A stretch of 64,000 bases of DNA from NCBI GenBank assembly GCA_026134085.1, contig JAOQIN010000006.1, forward strand, positions 193 through 64,192. The letters are read 5' to 3'. The translations under genes and the position numbers were made by a program. Origin of the DNA: Candidatus Methanoxibalbensis ujae. Its GTDB lineage: Archaea; Halobacteriota; Syntropharchaeia; Alkanophagales; Methanospirareceae. Of this stretch, positions 19,784-29,506 are shown one piece after another. How positions within the stretch are numbered: position 1 is the first letter of the stretch; each line of letters opens with the position of its first letter. The notes below the pieces were generated by a model, which was not told where the DNA came from, did not search any database, and saw only the letters and a program-made list of their open reading frames with translations.

Positions 19784-21067
19784 ATGACAACCGACAGCGA
19801 CAGGGACAGGACACTGCTTCCGTTTATCGCATCTCACGGACTTATCCACGGTCTGTCAGCATCGCTTCCCGCACTGCTTCCTCTCATAATGGAGGAATTC
19901 AATTTGAATTACACTGAAGTGGGCATTTTATCCTTCTCCCTGGGCGCCTCCATAGGCATGATGAGCATATTAACAGGAATATTATCTGATATTATGAGAA
20001 ATAAGATCAATATACTTGGATATGCGCTTCTTTCAACAGGTATTTTTTCATTTTTTATTATTTTCACAAGGGATTATATTTCTTTACTTTTTTATATGGT
20101 TATATTGGGCTTTTTGTTGAGTTTTTATCATCCACTTGCGCTGTCGTATATTGCAATTTTTTTCAGAGGGGAGAGGGGGCGAGTGTTTGGCATGCATGAG
20201 ATAGGTGCAAACCTGGGGCTCGCCGCTGCTCCTGCAATTGCTGGATTTCTCGCGCCGCAGGTGGGATGGAGGGTGTCGTATGCGGTATTGGCTATGCCAG
20301 CTGTCTTTTCCGCGCTGTTCATATTGAGCATGAACGGTGCGCGTGTCAGGATGCGTGTCAGGAAGGAGAACGCTCTGAAGGAGAGCGCCACAAGCGCTGA
20401 GAGCGCTGAGAGCGCTGAGACGAGTATGTGTGATGATCGTGATGCGGATGGTGGAGGATGTGACGGTGCTGTGCGTGCTCGTGGTGGCGTCATATGTGCG
20501 ATTTGCGATGATCTGTGCGATTTCGTCAACCAGATGAGGGGTCGTTTTATCCGCCAGTTATACATTGCGGAGGGCATTTTCGGATTTGTTGTGGGCGGTG
20601 TATCCACATTTATACCGTTGTATCTTGTGGCTGAGGGTTTCAGTGTGGCATTTGCAGGTGTTGTGACAGGTGTGTTTCTGGCATTCGGCGCGATTGGCAA
20701 ATATTTAGGAGGCGTGATCTCAGATATTTTCGGCGGAAGATCTGCGGTTTCCATAGGATTTCTTCTGGCTGCGCCGCTTTTCCTCGCCGTCCCACTGATG
20801 CCGTGCGGATTTCTTTCGCTTGTTCCTCTTGTTCTTGCAGGTATGACATTTCCGATGGCGCTGTCTGCAATAATAACATGCATATCCTCCGAAATACCTC
20901 ATTCACGAACGGGAATAGCATTCGGCTTCATGATGTTCGCGGGATTCGGATTTGGCTCTCTATCACGACCGATACTCGGATTGGCGGGGGATACGCTCGG
21001 AATTTCCTCCATATTCTTCATCATAAGCGCCGTATCGCTCATAGGTGGCGCCATCATACGGGCATGA
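19784..21067 (+). CDS. MFS transporter
   Basis: About 12 hydrophobic segments, G.LSD motif A in both halves, YHP, RGRVFG.H. Confidence 0.9.
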   Translation: MTTDSDRDRTLLPFIASHGLIHGLSASLPALLPLIMEEFNLNYTEVGILSFSLGASIGMMSILTGILSDIMRNKINILGYALLSTGIFSFFIIFTRDYISLLFYMVILGFLLSFYHPLALSYIAIFFRGERGRVFGMHEIGANLGLAAAPAIAGFLAPQVGWRVSYAVLAMPAVFSALFILSMNGARVRMRVRKENALKESATSAESAESAETSMCDDRDADGGGCDGAVRARGGVICAICDDLCDFVNQMRGRFIRQLYIAEGIFGFVVGGVSTFIPLYLVAEGFSVAFAGVVTGVFLAFGAIGKYLGGVISDIFGGRSAVSIGFLLAAPLFLAVPLMPCGFLSLVPLVLAGMTFPMALSAIITCISSEIPHSRTGIAFGFMMFAGFGFGSLSRPILGLAGDTLGISSIFFIISAVSLIGGAIIRA

Positions 21068-21149
21068 AGTGGTGCATGAAGAATGAATGCTGAGCTTGTA
21101 TAATGATTAGGTGATTGCTCAAAACATTCCACCGTGGTATAATGAGATG

Positions 21150-21830
21150 TGACATCAGGGGGTGAACATAGTAAAGCTATCATAATAGCAGAGGAGTTTC
21201 TGAGAGAGGTGGGGATTTTAAGGAGTCAGAGTGATGGGAACAAGGAAAAGTGAGAAGAAATTTTTATAAATGCTATCGGTGTAAGCGAGAATGGGGCATA
21301 AGGAAAGTGTTCTGGAAGGACTCGAAATTTAAGTTTGTTTTAGCCCTTATGTTTGAATTGGAAGTTCCTGTTTTAAGTGAGATATAATACAGTTCACAGA
21401 TTATGCTGTGAGAGGGAATATATCAATATCAGAAGGCCAGCGAGGATGACTATCGGGGGAATTAGAGGCAGATGGGAGTTGGGAGGGTTATGGAGGGAAG
21501 AGAAAGGATAGGAGAGGCATAGGAGCTAAAAAATATCTTGGGATATTGGAAAGTGGAGGGAAATAAAGGTAGAGATGAAGAAGTTAAGACGGATACATGA
21601 GGCTGTAAAGAAGGTGAGAAGAGGGGGTCTGATTTGGTTTAATTATGATGGACTTGTTATGTCTGGGTTCAGACATGGGAGGATAGACCTAAGAGACCAA
21701 TGGGAATGTTTATATAGGAGAGTTTTTGGAGTTTTGCTGGAGTTTTGCTGAGGGGAAATTGTTGAAGTTTCATGGTCTATCACCGGATAAGTTTCCGTTT
21801 AGAGTTCTAATATAATAAGAAATAAGTTTA
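21150..21830 (+). pseudogene. IS1595-family (ISXO2-like) transposase relic, heavily frameshifted
   Basis: Fragments in changing frames: FYKCYRCKREWG, SGELEAD, GILE, KKVRRGGLI, YDGLV.SGFRHGRID, FWSFA, LLKFHGLSPDKF. Confidence 0.7.
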
Positions 21831-21898
21831 TTTGAAAAATAGTTTTATTAAAAAGGAATAATAAAAAATTATTGATAAAATAACAACAAAAATAAAAC

Positions 21899-22564
21899 TC
21901 AGATTAAAAGGTCGTTTGGCGTGTTTATGTTTATGAATGTGCACAATTCAGCATCTATTTTCCTTATCTCTGCGACATCCACAAACTTCGTATTTCGCAA
22001 ATATGCGATGGCTGAAGATATTCTGCGCTCTCCCTTTTTTATCGTGTTTTCAGCTGCTTCAATCATCGCATCACGCCGATATATCGCATGGAGTGGCTCT
22101 ATCATGCCGTTCTCCCACGCTGGAACTACAGCGTCAAATCCATTTGCCTCCTCAAACAGGAAAGCAACGACTTTCGCATTTAGAAATGGCATATCGCAAC
22201 CTGTCACAAACACAAATTCGTGCGAGGCGCTGCGCAACCCTGAAAGAATACCTGCGAGCGGTCCAAAATCTCTGATGATGTCGTATGTGATGAACAATTT
22301 TTTTTCTGATCCTGTTGATGATGTTGCGTTTGATGTTGCGTATTTTGATGATGTTGCGTTTGATGTTGCGGCGTCAGCAGCTGCGTGGTATATCGCGTTT
22401 CCCTGCTCCTGATCCCTTGCGACGATTATGATTTCAGATGCAATGGGCGATATGCGATGGACCACATGCCTCACCAGCGGCTTCTTTCTGAATATTGCGA
22501 TGCATTTCTCAACAGGGAAGAAGCGCTGCCCATTTCCACCCGCGAGTATGACAGCTGAGAGCAT
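21899..22564 (-). CDS. mobA: Molybdenum cofactor guanylyltransferase
   Basis: VILAGG.G.RF..EK, GPLAGI, GCDMPF, EPLHAIY, FININTP. Confidence 0.92.
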   Translation of the reverse strand: MLSAVILAGGNGQRFFPVEKCIAIFRKKPLVRHVVHRISPIASEIIIVARDQEQGNAIYHAAADAATSNATSSKYATSNATSSTGSEKKLFITYDIIRDFGPLAGILSGLRSASHEFVFVTGCDMPFLNAKVVAFLFEEANGFDAVVPAWENGMIEPLHAIYRRDAMIEAAENTIKKGERRISSAIAYLRNTKFVDVAEIRKIDAELCTFININTPNDLLI

Positions 22565-22908
22565 CTTCTCCCGTTCTCCCTTTACTCATCAGGACAGTCA
22601 AGACCATCTCATTCATGAGAATTCACGATCGGGCATATCAATCTGCCTCTTTCGTTATCAGCTTCACGATCTCACACCGAATCTCACGATCTCACACCGA
22701 ATCATCATATTTAATAAGTTCGGGATTATTTAAACATTGTGCCTCTGGATCTCAGCCCAGAGGAGGAAGATAAAATGAGTGGGAGAATTGAAGAAAAAAG
22801 AAGGGTGTAAGCTCCTCCTTCAGGCATAGGCGGAATATGGGTTGAGATGGTAAAAAAAGAAAGAAAAGGAAAAGAAAAGGAGAGAGAGGAAGATAGGAGG
22901 GAGAGGCG

Positions 22909-23226
22909 TTGCATATGGAGGCGAAGGACATTATATTTGCAGTTGTGATGGTTTGTGCTGCGTTTATCCTCTCATTGCGCGTGCTCAGTGTGTATCGGAA
23001 GGATGATCCTGTGATCGTGCTTTCTGTCGTTCTGCTGACAGGGATGATAGCATTGCTTTTTTTGAGTGTTGAGGAGAGATTGAAGCGCGTGGAGGAAAGC
23101 ATTTCAGAGAAAGAGCGATCAATTCGCGTGAGCATGCAGTCTGTTGAAGATGAAGTTCGTGGCAGAGTGAGTGAAGCCACAAACAAAATGGATGAGATTC
23201 TGAGGATAATGGGCAGAAGGTATTGA
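22909..23226 (+). CDS. Small membrane protein (two TM + coiled coil)
   Basis: Two hydrophobic helices then heptad repeat; RBS upstream. Confidence 0.65.
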   Translation: MHMEAKDIIFAVVMVCAAFILSLRVLSVYRKDDPVIVLSVVLLTGMIALLFLSVEERLKRVEESISEKERSIRVSMQSVEDEVRGRVSEATNKMDEILRIMGRRY

Positions 23227-23281
23227 TCTCCTGAAAATTATAGAAGAAGCGTATATATGAAGGAGTGAATGGCGGAGGAGG

Positions 23282-23809
23282 ATGTGGTCGGATATAATGA
23301 AAAAGTTTGAGCGAGCACCTTCGCAGCGTAAAGTGGTTGCGCTTATGCTTGAGCGCGGCTTTGGTGTGAGTCCTGAGGGCAAGGTTTCTGTGAACGGCAT
23401 AGAGATACCGCATATGCATATAGCCAGGAATGTCAATGTGGACAGGCGTGTTGTGGATGCGGCGGTTGCACGCATATTGAGCGATGAGGATTTGAGAAGA
23501 ATATTTGAGAACATTCGCACGATACCTTTCCTCGTGGAGATCGCACCGATGCTCGGCATGAGTGTTCTTGTCATACAGGCAGTTGATCCGAAGGAGCGCG
23601 GCATACTCGGTGAGGTGGCGGCTAAGATCGCAGATCGCGGCATAAGCATACGGCAGGCTGTCAGCGATGACCCTTATTTCGTTGAAGATCCAAGACTGAC
23701 GATAATCACTGATAAATTGCTTCCAGGCGACCTGATTGAGGACATAATGCGATTGAAAAATGTGAAAAGCGTCCAGATATATCAGCCAGAAACCGAGAAA
23801 AAGAAATAA
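23282..23809 (+). CDS. ACT-domain regulator of amino-acid metabolism (COG2150-like)
   Basis: MW..I...F...PSQ.KV, VDRRVV, GILGEVA..IA..GISIRQ..DDP. Confidence 0.88.
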   Translation: MWSDIMKKFERAPSQRKVVALMLERGFGVSPEGKVSVNGIEIPHMHIARNVNVDRRVVDAAVARILSDEDLRRIFENIRTIPFLVEIAPMLGMSVLVIQAVDPKERGILGEVAAKIADRGISIRQAVSDDPYFVEDPRLTIITDKLLPGDLIEDIMRLKNVKSVQIYQPETEKKK

Positions 23810-23826
23810 CCGGTGATGGCGGAGGT

Positions 23827-24981
23827 ATGAAAATGGATTTCTGGATCGTGCCGCCTGACGATATAAGAAGTGGCAGAACAACAGATGTATACTTCATACG
23901 AACGGAAGAGATCATGCATGCCAGAGGCATAAATCCGCATGTGGTCGCGGAGGTGGTGGCATCAGGTCTTGAAGGTGGCTGGGGCGTTCTTGCAGGTGTT
24001 TCTGAAGTTTCTGTGCTTCTTGAGGGCAGGGATTTAGATGTGTATGCGATGCCAGAAGGCACCATATTTTTTGAGGAGGAGCCTGTTCTTCGCATAGAAG
24101 GTCGCTATTTGGAGTTTGCCCGCTTTGAGACGCCGATTCTCGGATTTCTCTGCCACGAATCTGGTATTGCAACAAAAGCAGCACGCATCAAAAAGAAAGC
24201 GGGAGATGTCCCTGTGATCTCATTCGGCACGAGAAGACAGCATCCAGCACTCGCAGCAGTGATTGAGAAATGCGCTTACATGGGCGGAATGGACGGCGTC
24301 AGCAATGTCGCAGGCGCATCTCGACTCGGCATTCAACCGGTGGGGACGATGCCTCACTCGCTCATCATATGCTTCCGCTCGCAGCAGGACGCCTGGAAGG
24401 CTTTTGATGAGATTATGCCCGAGGATGTGCCACGCATATGCCTATGCGACACCTACTGCGATGAGAAGACAGAAGCGGTCATGGCTGCGGAGACGCTCAA
24501 GAGACTGAACGCAGTTCGCTTGGACACTCCTTCATCAAGAAGAGGGAACTTCAGAAAAATTGTTGAGGAGGTTCGCTGGGAGCTTGACATAAGAGGCTTC
24601 AAAAATGTCGGAATTTTCGTCAGCGGAGGCATAGACGAGGCGGAAATTGAGGAATTGCGAGACATTGTCTCAGGATTCGGCGTCGGAACAAGCGTGGCAA
24701 ATGCGAAATGCATAGATTTTGCTCTTGATATTGTTGAGATTGAGGGCGAGCCTTGTGCAAAGCGAGGGAAAAAAGGTGGGAAGAAGCAGGTTTATCGCAG
24801 GAAGACGGAGAAGGGGTTTGAGGATTTCGTTGCAATTGAGAACTCAAAGCAGCATTTTGAAGGAGAGCCACTGCTGAAACCTCTCATTCTCGGCGGAAGG
24901 ATTGTTGAAGATTTTCCACTCTCGCTGGAATCTGCAAGGAAGAGGGTGCTTGAGCAGTTGAAAGTGGTTGAAATGGATTGA
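23827..24981 (+). CDS. pncB: Nicotinate phosphoribosyltransferase
   Basis: TTDVYF, ETPILG, SFGTRR, GTMPH, VRLDTP, SGG, FGVGT. Confidence 0.93.
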   Translation: MKMDFWIVPPDDIRSGRTTDVYFIRTEEIMHARGINPHVVAEVVASGLEGGWGVLAGVSEVSVLLEGRDLDVYAMPEGTIFFEEEPVLRIEGRYLEFARFETPILGFLCHESGIATKAARIKKKAGDVPVISFGTRRQHPALAAVIEKCAYMGGMDGVSNVAGASRLGIQPVGTMPHSLIICFRSQQDAWKAFDEIMPEDVPRICLCDTYCDEKTEAVMAAETLKRLNAVRLDTPSSRRGNFRKIVEEVRWELDIRGFKNVGIFVSGGIDEAEIEELRDIVSGFGVGTSVANAKCIDFALDIVEIEGEPCAKRGKKGGKKQVYRRKTEKGFEDFVAIENSKQHFEGEPLLKPLILGGRIVEDFPLSLESARKRVLEQLKVVEMD

Positions 24982-25047
24982 AATAGAAATAGAGTTGATT
25001 GTTCTGTTTTTGTTTTTTTATCATGCAAGGCATTCGGCGGTAGTATT

Positions 25048-26181
25048 GTGGAAGCGGATATTCAGAACAGGATGGCAGAGAGGGGAGGATTGAGAAATTT
25101 TGAGAAGAAGGAAATTTTTGAGAAAAAGGAAAGGAGGAGGACGTGTTTTCATGACAGGGAAAGAGAAATAGAGGAGATAATGAACATCTTAAATACTGAA
25201 CCTACTTTGATTACTTTCATATATGGTCCTATAAATTCAGGTAAAACTGAACTTATTGACCATCTGGCTGAGCAATTACCTGAGAATTATGTTGTATTCA
25301 ATGTGAATTTGCGCGGTAAATTTATATCAGATTACAGAGATTTTGTGCGTGCTTTATTCAAAATAGAAAGAGAGAAGACATACAAAGACATAATCAGGAA
25401 AATATCCGAAGTCTCTGTGAAGGCATTGAAATTTGTAGGCATTCCAGTAACGGAAGATATATTGAATTTACTGTTTAAGGAGCGGACTTATGAGGATGTT
25501 TTTGAGTTTCTTGAGGATTATTTTATGAAAATAGGTGAGAATAAAAATTCCGTATTGATTTTGGATGAGTTACAGGTGATAAAGGATGTAAAAGTGGATG
25601 AACTGCTCAAGCTTTTTAATTTCTTCATTCGCCTGACGAAGGAGTTGCATTTGTGTCATGTGTTCGCAATAACATCTGATTCGCTCTTCGTTGAACGCAT
25701 TTACAGAGAGGCGATGTTGCAAGGGCGCTGCAGATACTTATTTGTGGATGATTTTGACTATGAAACGGCGATGGCCTTCCTGAATAAATATAACTTCGGA
25801 GAAAAGGAGAGGGAAATGGTATGGGAGTATGTGGGCGGTAAGCCAGTTTATTTGGTTGAGCTTGCGAATGCGAAAATGAATGGAAAGGACATAGAAGAGG
25901 AAGTGAAGAAGTTGTTGAAGATTAGAACAAATCAAATACTTTCAATATTTGACGAAATATCGCTTCGTAAGGTCAAATATTCGGAGGAGGCAATAATGGA
26001 GGAATTCAGGAAATTTGAGAGGGAGGAGATAATACAGTATGATAGGATGAACAAAGAAAAAATATTTCTTGTTGAAAGGAACATTCTGTTCATTGACCCG
26101 ACACAAAGAACAGTAAAACCACAGTCAAAATTGGACTTGCTTGCCATAAGGAATGTGTTAAAGTGCGAGAGGAAAAAGTGA
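25048..26181 (+). CDS. Archaeal ATPase (ATPase_2 family)
   Basis: F.DREREI, YGPINSGKT, LILDELQ, LTKELHL.HV, VGGKP; AT-rich relative to neighbours; start uncertain. Confidence 0.88.
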   Translation: MEADIQNRMAERGGLRNFEKKEIFEKKERRRTCFHDREREIEEIMNILNTEPTLITFIYGPINSGKTELIDHLAEQLPENYVVFNVNLRGKFISDYRDFVRALFKIEREKTYKDIIRKISEVSVKALKFVGIPVTEDILNLLFKERTYEDVFEFLEDYFMKIGENKNSVLILDELQVIKDVKVDELLKLFNFFIRLTKELHLCHVFAITSDSLFVERIYREAMLQGRCRYLFVDDFDYETAMAFLNKYNFGEKEREMVWEYVGGKPVYLVELANAKMNGKDIEEEVKKLLKIRTNQILSIFDEISLRKVKYSEEAIMEEFRKFEREEIIQYDRMNKEKIFLVERNILFIDPTQRTVKPQSKLDLLAIRNVLKCERKK

Positions 26182-26249
26182 AAGACATGAGAAGAGAAAT
26201 TAGAACGGGAAACAATTTTGATTTTGCCTGCAGTATTGATCATGATGGA

Positions 26250-26591
26250 TTAATTATGAGATATTAATTCCAGGATTTCAACCATTCTCCGCCCAAAATC
26301 TGTGAGATAGTATATCAGGAATTTCCCTTTCCGCTCAAAATCTATCAAGTTCGCATCTTTCAGTAGTTTCAGATGGTAAGAGAGCGCTGAGTATTGAATA
26401 TTTGAGAGTTCAATGAGGACGCAAACGCACACACTCTCTTCCTTCAACACTCTTAATATCTTCAGACGGAGCGGGTCGGAAAGCACCTTAAATATTGAAG
26501 CCTCCTGCGACACATCTTTGCTGAAAATCCTTCTCAGTTTCTCAAGCGTCTTCGCAGGAATCTCGTATGATGGCGGAATTTCTGACGGCAT
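26250..26591 (-). CDS. ArsR/SmtB family regulator
   Basis: FKVLSDPLRLKIL, VCVC, LSYHLKLLK. Confidence 0.9.
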   Translation of the reverse strand: MPSEIPPSYEIPAKTLEKLRRIFSKDVSQEASIFKVLSDPLRLKILRVLKEESVCVCVLIELSNIQYSALSYHLKLLKDANLIDFERKGKFLIYYLTDFGRRMVEILELISHN

Positions 26592-26601
26592 TTCTTATTC
26601 A

Positions 26602-27576
26602 TTATGCAAGGAAACTTTCAATTTTAGGGGAGAGGTGAAGAAAGAGCAGCATAATCGGCATTTGAAGCAGAGGGGCGACAGCAGCGGGCAAGACAGCGAG
26701 CGTTCCGTGGAATGCGGTGACTGCAATGCCGATGGTAATTGCGTGGTTCTTTGCGGTAACGCTGTATCCGAGAGCCATGCAATCGCCGAATCCGATGCGA
26801 AGTGCTTTTGAAATGAAAATTACGAGGAGGAAGTTCAGCGGATACAGCGTTGCGATGCCCAATAAGACAAGGGAAACATAGTGGAAGTTCGGAATAATTG
26901 TTCTTGCTTGCGTTGAAATGATTGTGAAAATCATGATTAACATGCCCGATGTTGAAACTGCCGGGAAATCGGGGGATATTTTGCGGTATTTTTCCATGCC
27001 TATCTTGCGAATGAGCATTTTTCTTGTGATTGAACCTGCGACGAGCGGCAGAATTATGATGAAAAAAATCTTCTGAAGTATCATAAAAGGGTCAATGCTC
27101 ACATATATCCTTGCGAGCAGCCACATCCAGAAAGGCACGAGGGGAATGGCGAGCAGAAGGCTCAACGCAACAATTATGAGCGCAGTTTCCACCTTTCCCC
27201 TTGCGTAGCCCGTCCATGCGGCGACCATTCCACTGCAAGGCACAACGATTTTCAGAATGAAGCCCGTTGCGAGATATGGGTCAGTGTTTCGCAGTAGAAT
27301 GAACGCCCAGAGCGCACCGAGCAGAGGAGCGAGCAGGAAATTCATTAAAAGTGCGATAGAAATGATTTTTGGCGACTTCGCCGCCTTCACCACATCCTCA
27401 ATCTTCAAATTTATCATCATCGGATACAGCATTACAAATAAGAAGAAGGGAATAAGCGGCTTTAACTTGCTTATTTCGGGGTAAAAATAGCCAATTATGA
27501 GCGCAAGACTTATTGAAATTGCCACCCATATCGGTAAAAATTTCCGAACAGCTTCCGCCCAACGCATACTGACCAC
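26602..27576 (-). CDS. Acr3-like arsenite efflux / bile acid:sodium symporter family transporter
   Basis: MLYPMM, NF..AP, PCSGMV.AWT..A.G motifs; next to arsR. Confidence 0.85.
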   Translation of the reverse strand: MVSMRWAEAVRKFLPIWVAISISLALIIGYFYPEISKLKPLIPFFLFVMLYPMMINLKIEDVVKAAKSPKIISIALLMNFLLAPLLGALWAFILLRNTDPYLATGFILKIVVPCSGMVAAWTGYARGKVETALIIVALSLLLAIPLVPFWMWLLARIYVSIDPFMILQKIFFIIILPLVAGSITRKMLIRKIGMEKYRKISPDFPAVSTSGMLIMIFTIISTQARTIIPNFHYVSLVLLGIATLYPLNFLLVIFISKALRIGFGDCMALGYSVTAKNHAITIGIAVTAFHGTLAVLPAAVAPLLQMPIMLLFLHLSPKIESFLA

Positions 27577-27661
27577 TCCTCCACCTCTTCCTCCTTCGCT
27601 TCTCCACGCTTTTGCCCCTCACTTTTGGGCGTTCTCGTGTTCTACTGCTCTTTCTCTGCGT

Positions 27662-28510
27662 TCATATCGGCAGTTTTATTCCGAGACCCGTCTCAATCAT
27701 TTTCCAGCCCATGTAGAGCATCACTATAATGAACACATATCTGAGCTGCTTTGCTGGCAATTTATGTGCAGTTCTGGCGCCTACTTGAGCCATCAATACG
27801 CTCGTTGCCGCGAGTAGAATCCATGATTCAAGGTTCATGTATCCCAGCATGTGAAGATTGTGGAACACGAATGGTATGTCCGCTTTTAAACCGTTATAGA
27901 TGTAGCCGAGCAGTCCGCCAATTGATGTGAAAATCATCAAAGCGGTGGAAGTGCCGACTGCAAGATGTATTCCGAATGAAAGAGCAACGACCATCACGGG
28001 AACCATGAGGACGCCGCCGCCGATGCCGATGATGCCTGTGACGATGCCGAGCGGGAAGCCCCACGCCGCCCAAACAAGTGGGTTCTCAACAGGCTTCTTA
28101 CCAGTCTCTTCAGGTGGCTTCGCAGTGAGCATTCTGACCGCACCCAGAATGATTGCGCAGCCGAAGGCGATGCTTAAATACTTTCCGGGCGTTATTGATG
28201 CGATTGTTGAGCCTATTACCGCGCCTATTGCACCTGTTACGCCGAGAATTACTGCCGCTTTCCACATTACCGCACCTTTCTTTGAGTGTCTGTAAGCACC
28301 ACTCATAGCAGTAGGAAGAACAACAGCGAGATTCGTGCCGAAAGCAACCTTTACCGCCGTGTTCAAGTCCATTCCCATCGCCGTATATACCCATACCTGA
28401 ACAGGAATCATGATGAAGCAGCCGCCGACGCCGAGAAGACCGCTTGCGAAGCCCACGCCGAGTCCCGCCAAGAGCAGAACAACCGCAGCAGTCAAAAAAC
28501 TGATTGGCAT
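27662..28510 (-). CDS. TauE/SafE (TSUP) family sulfite exporter-like permease
   Basis: Duplicated SGLLGVGG / GIIGIGGG motifs, AVGTS. Confidence 0.9.
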   Translation of the reverse strand: MPISFLTAAVVLLLAGLGVGFASGLLGVGGCFIMIPVQVWVYTAMGMDLNTAVKVAFGTNLAVVLPTAMSGAYRHSKKGAVMWKAAVILGVTGAIGAVIGSTIASITPGKYLSIAFGCAIILGAVRMLTAKPPEETGKKPVENPLVWAAWGFPLGIVTGIIGIGGGVLMVPVMVVALSFGIHLAVGTSTALMIFTSIGGLLGYIYNGLKADIPFVFHNLHMLGYMNLESWILLAATSVLMAQVGARTAHKLPAKQLRYVFIIVMLYMGWKMIETGLGIKLPI

Positions 28511-28699
28511 TCGTTCACCTCCCTCTCACATCTCTCACGCCACTCACACCTCTCACGCAGACACCGAGACACATAATTTCAAAAATTTTTGAAATATATA
28601 AAAAGGCTTTCGTTTTTTCTTCTGATCTCTCAGCTAAAAGGCGTCTCAAAGCAGTTTGTTGACCTGAGTCTGCGCTGAGGTGCCTGCGAGCCCCTTTCA

Positions 28700-29245
28700 A
28701 TCAGCGTCAATCCCAAACCGCATCTTCTGCGCACCATAATTTCACCCATGATGCCTGTATATTTCCGCATTATGAACAACCGCATCTTCAAACAGATTCA
28801 CTTCCCTTTTCACAATTTCCCCGAGTTCATCGTCCCCTTTCATGAATGGGGACAAACTCTGTAAATCCACCTGTCTCTTGCTGTATTATTTTGAAAATAT
28901 GCTCTATCCCTTCCTCAATACTTTCAATATGGTCATGCATCATCGTCGCAGTAGTTGGTATTTTCAAGCGATGTGGTCTTAATAATACTTTCCCACTTTT
29001 TTGTTCGCACTTTCAGGCATATCGCCCATCTCAATCTCATCTCATCATTCAGTATTTCCGCAGCGGTTCCGGGTATTGAATTGATGATGCCTTCAATTCC
29101 CTCAGAACTTTCTCACAATTCATACAGAGCTGCGTGAGGGAAAATTTCCATCAGGGAGAATGCATAAGCACATCAAATTCAGACTTTATCCGCTCAAGCA
29201 TTTCACAGTGGAAATCTATTGTTAAGTCCGGATGAAGACCTCATA
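28700..29245 (-). pseudogene. CofH/MqnC-type radical SAM fragment (probably cofH), truncated and frameshifted
   Basis: Minus-strand fragments GLHPDL, NSIPGTAAEILNDE, IPTTATMM, IQQETGGFTEFVP, NIQASWVKL; N-terminal CxxxCxxC part absent. Confidence 0.78.
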
Positions 29246-29506
29246 TTTCTGTCGCCTCAGGAGACACAGCTTCCTTAATTTTAAAATATTCTCAATCCTC
29301 AATTCGCCCGGCGCAGAACTTGCACGGGCATTCGTGGCTTCTGTTCATGACACACGCAAAGACCAGCACTCAAGATTGCTTCAACTGCGCCACATTTTGC
29401 AGACGAAGCGGAAGGGCGGAGCAGAAAATGCATGAGGATATGCCAGCCCTCCTCTAAGCGGAGGAAGCAGGTCAGCTCTTTGCGTTTTAAAAGATAACGG
29501 ATTCAA

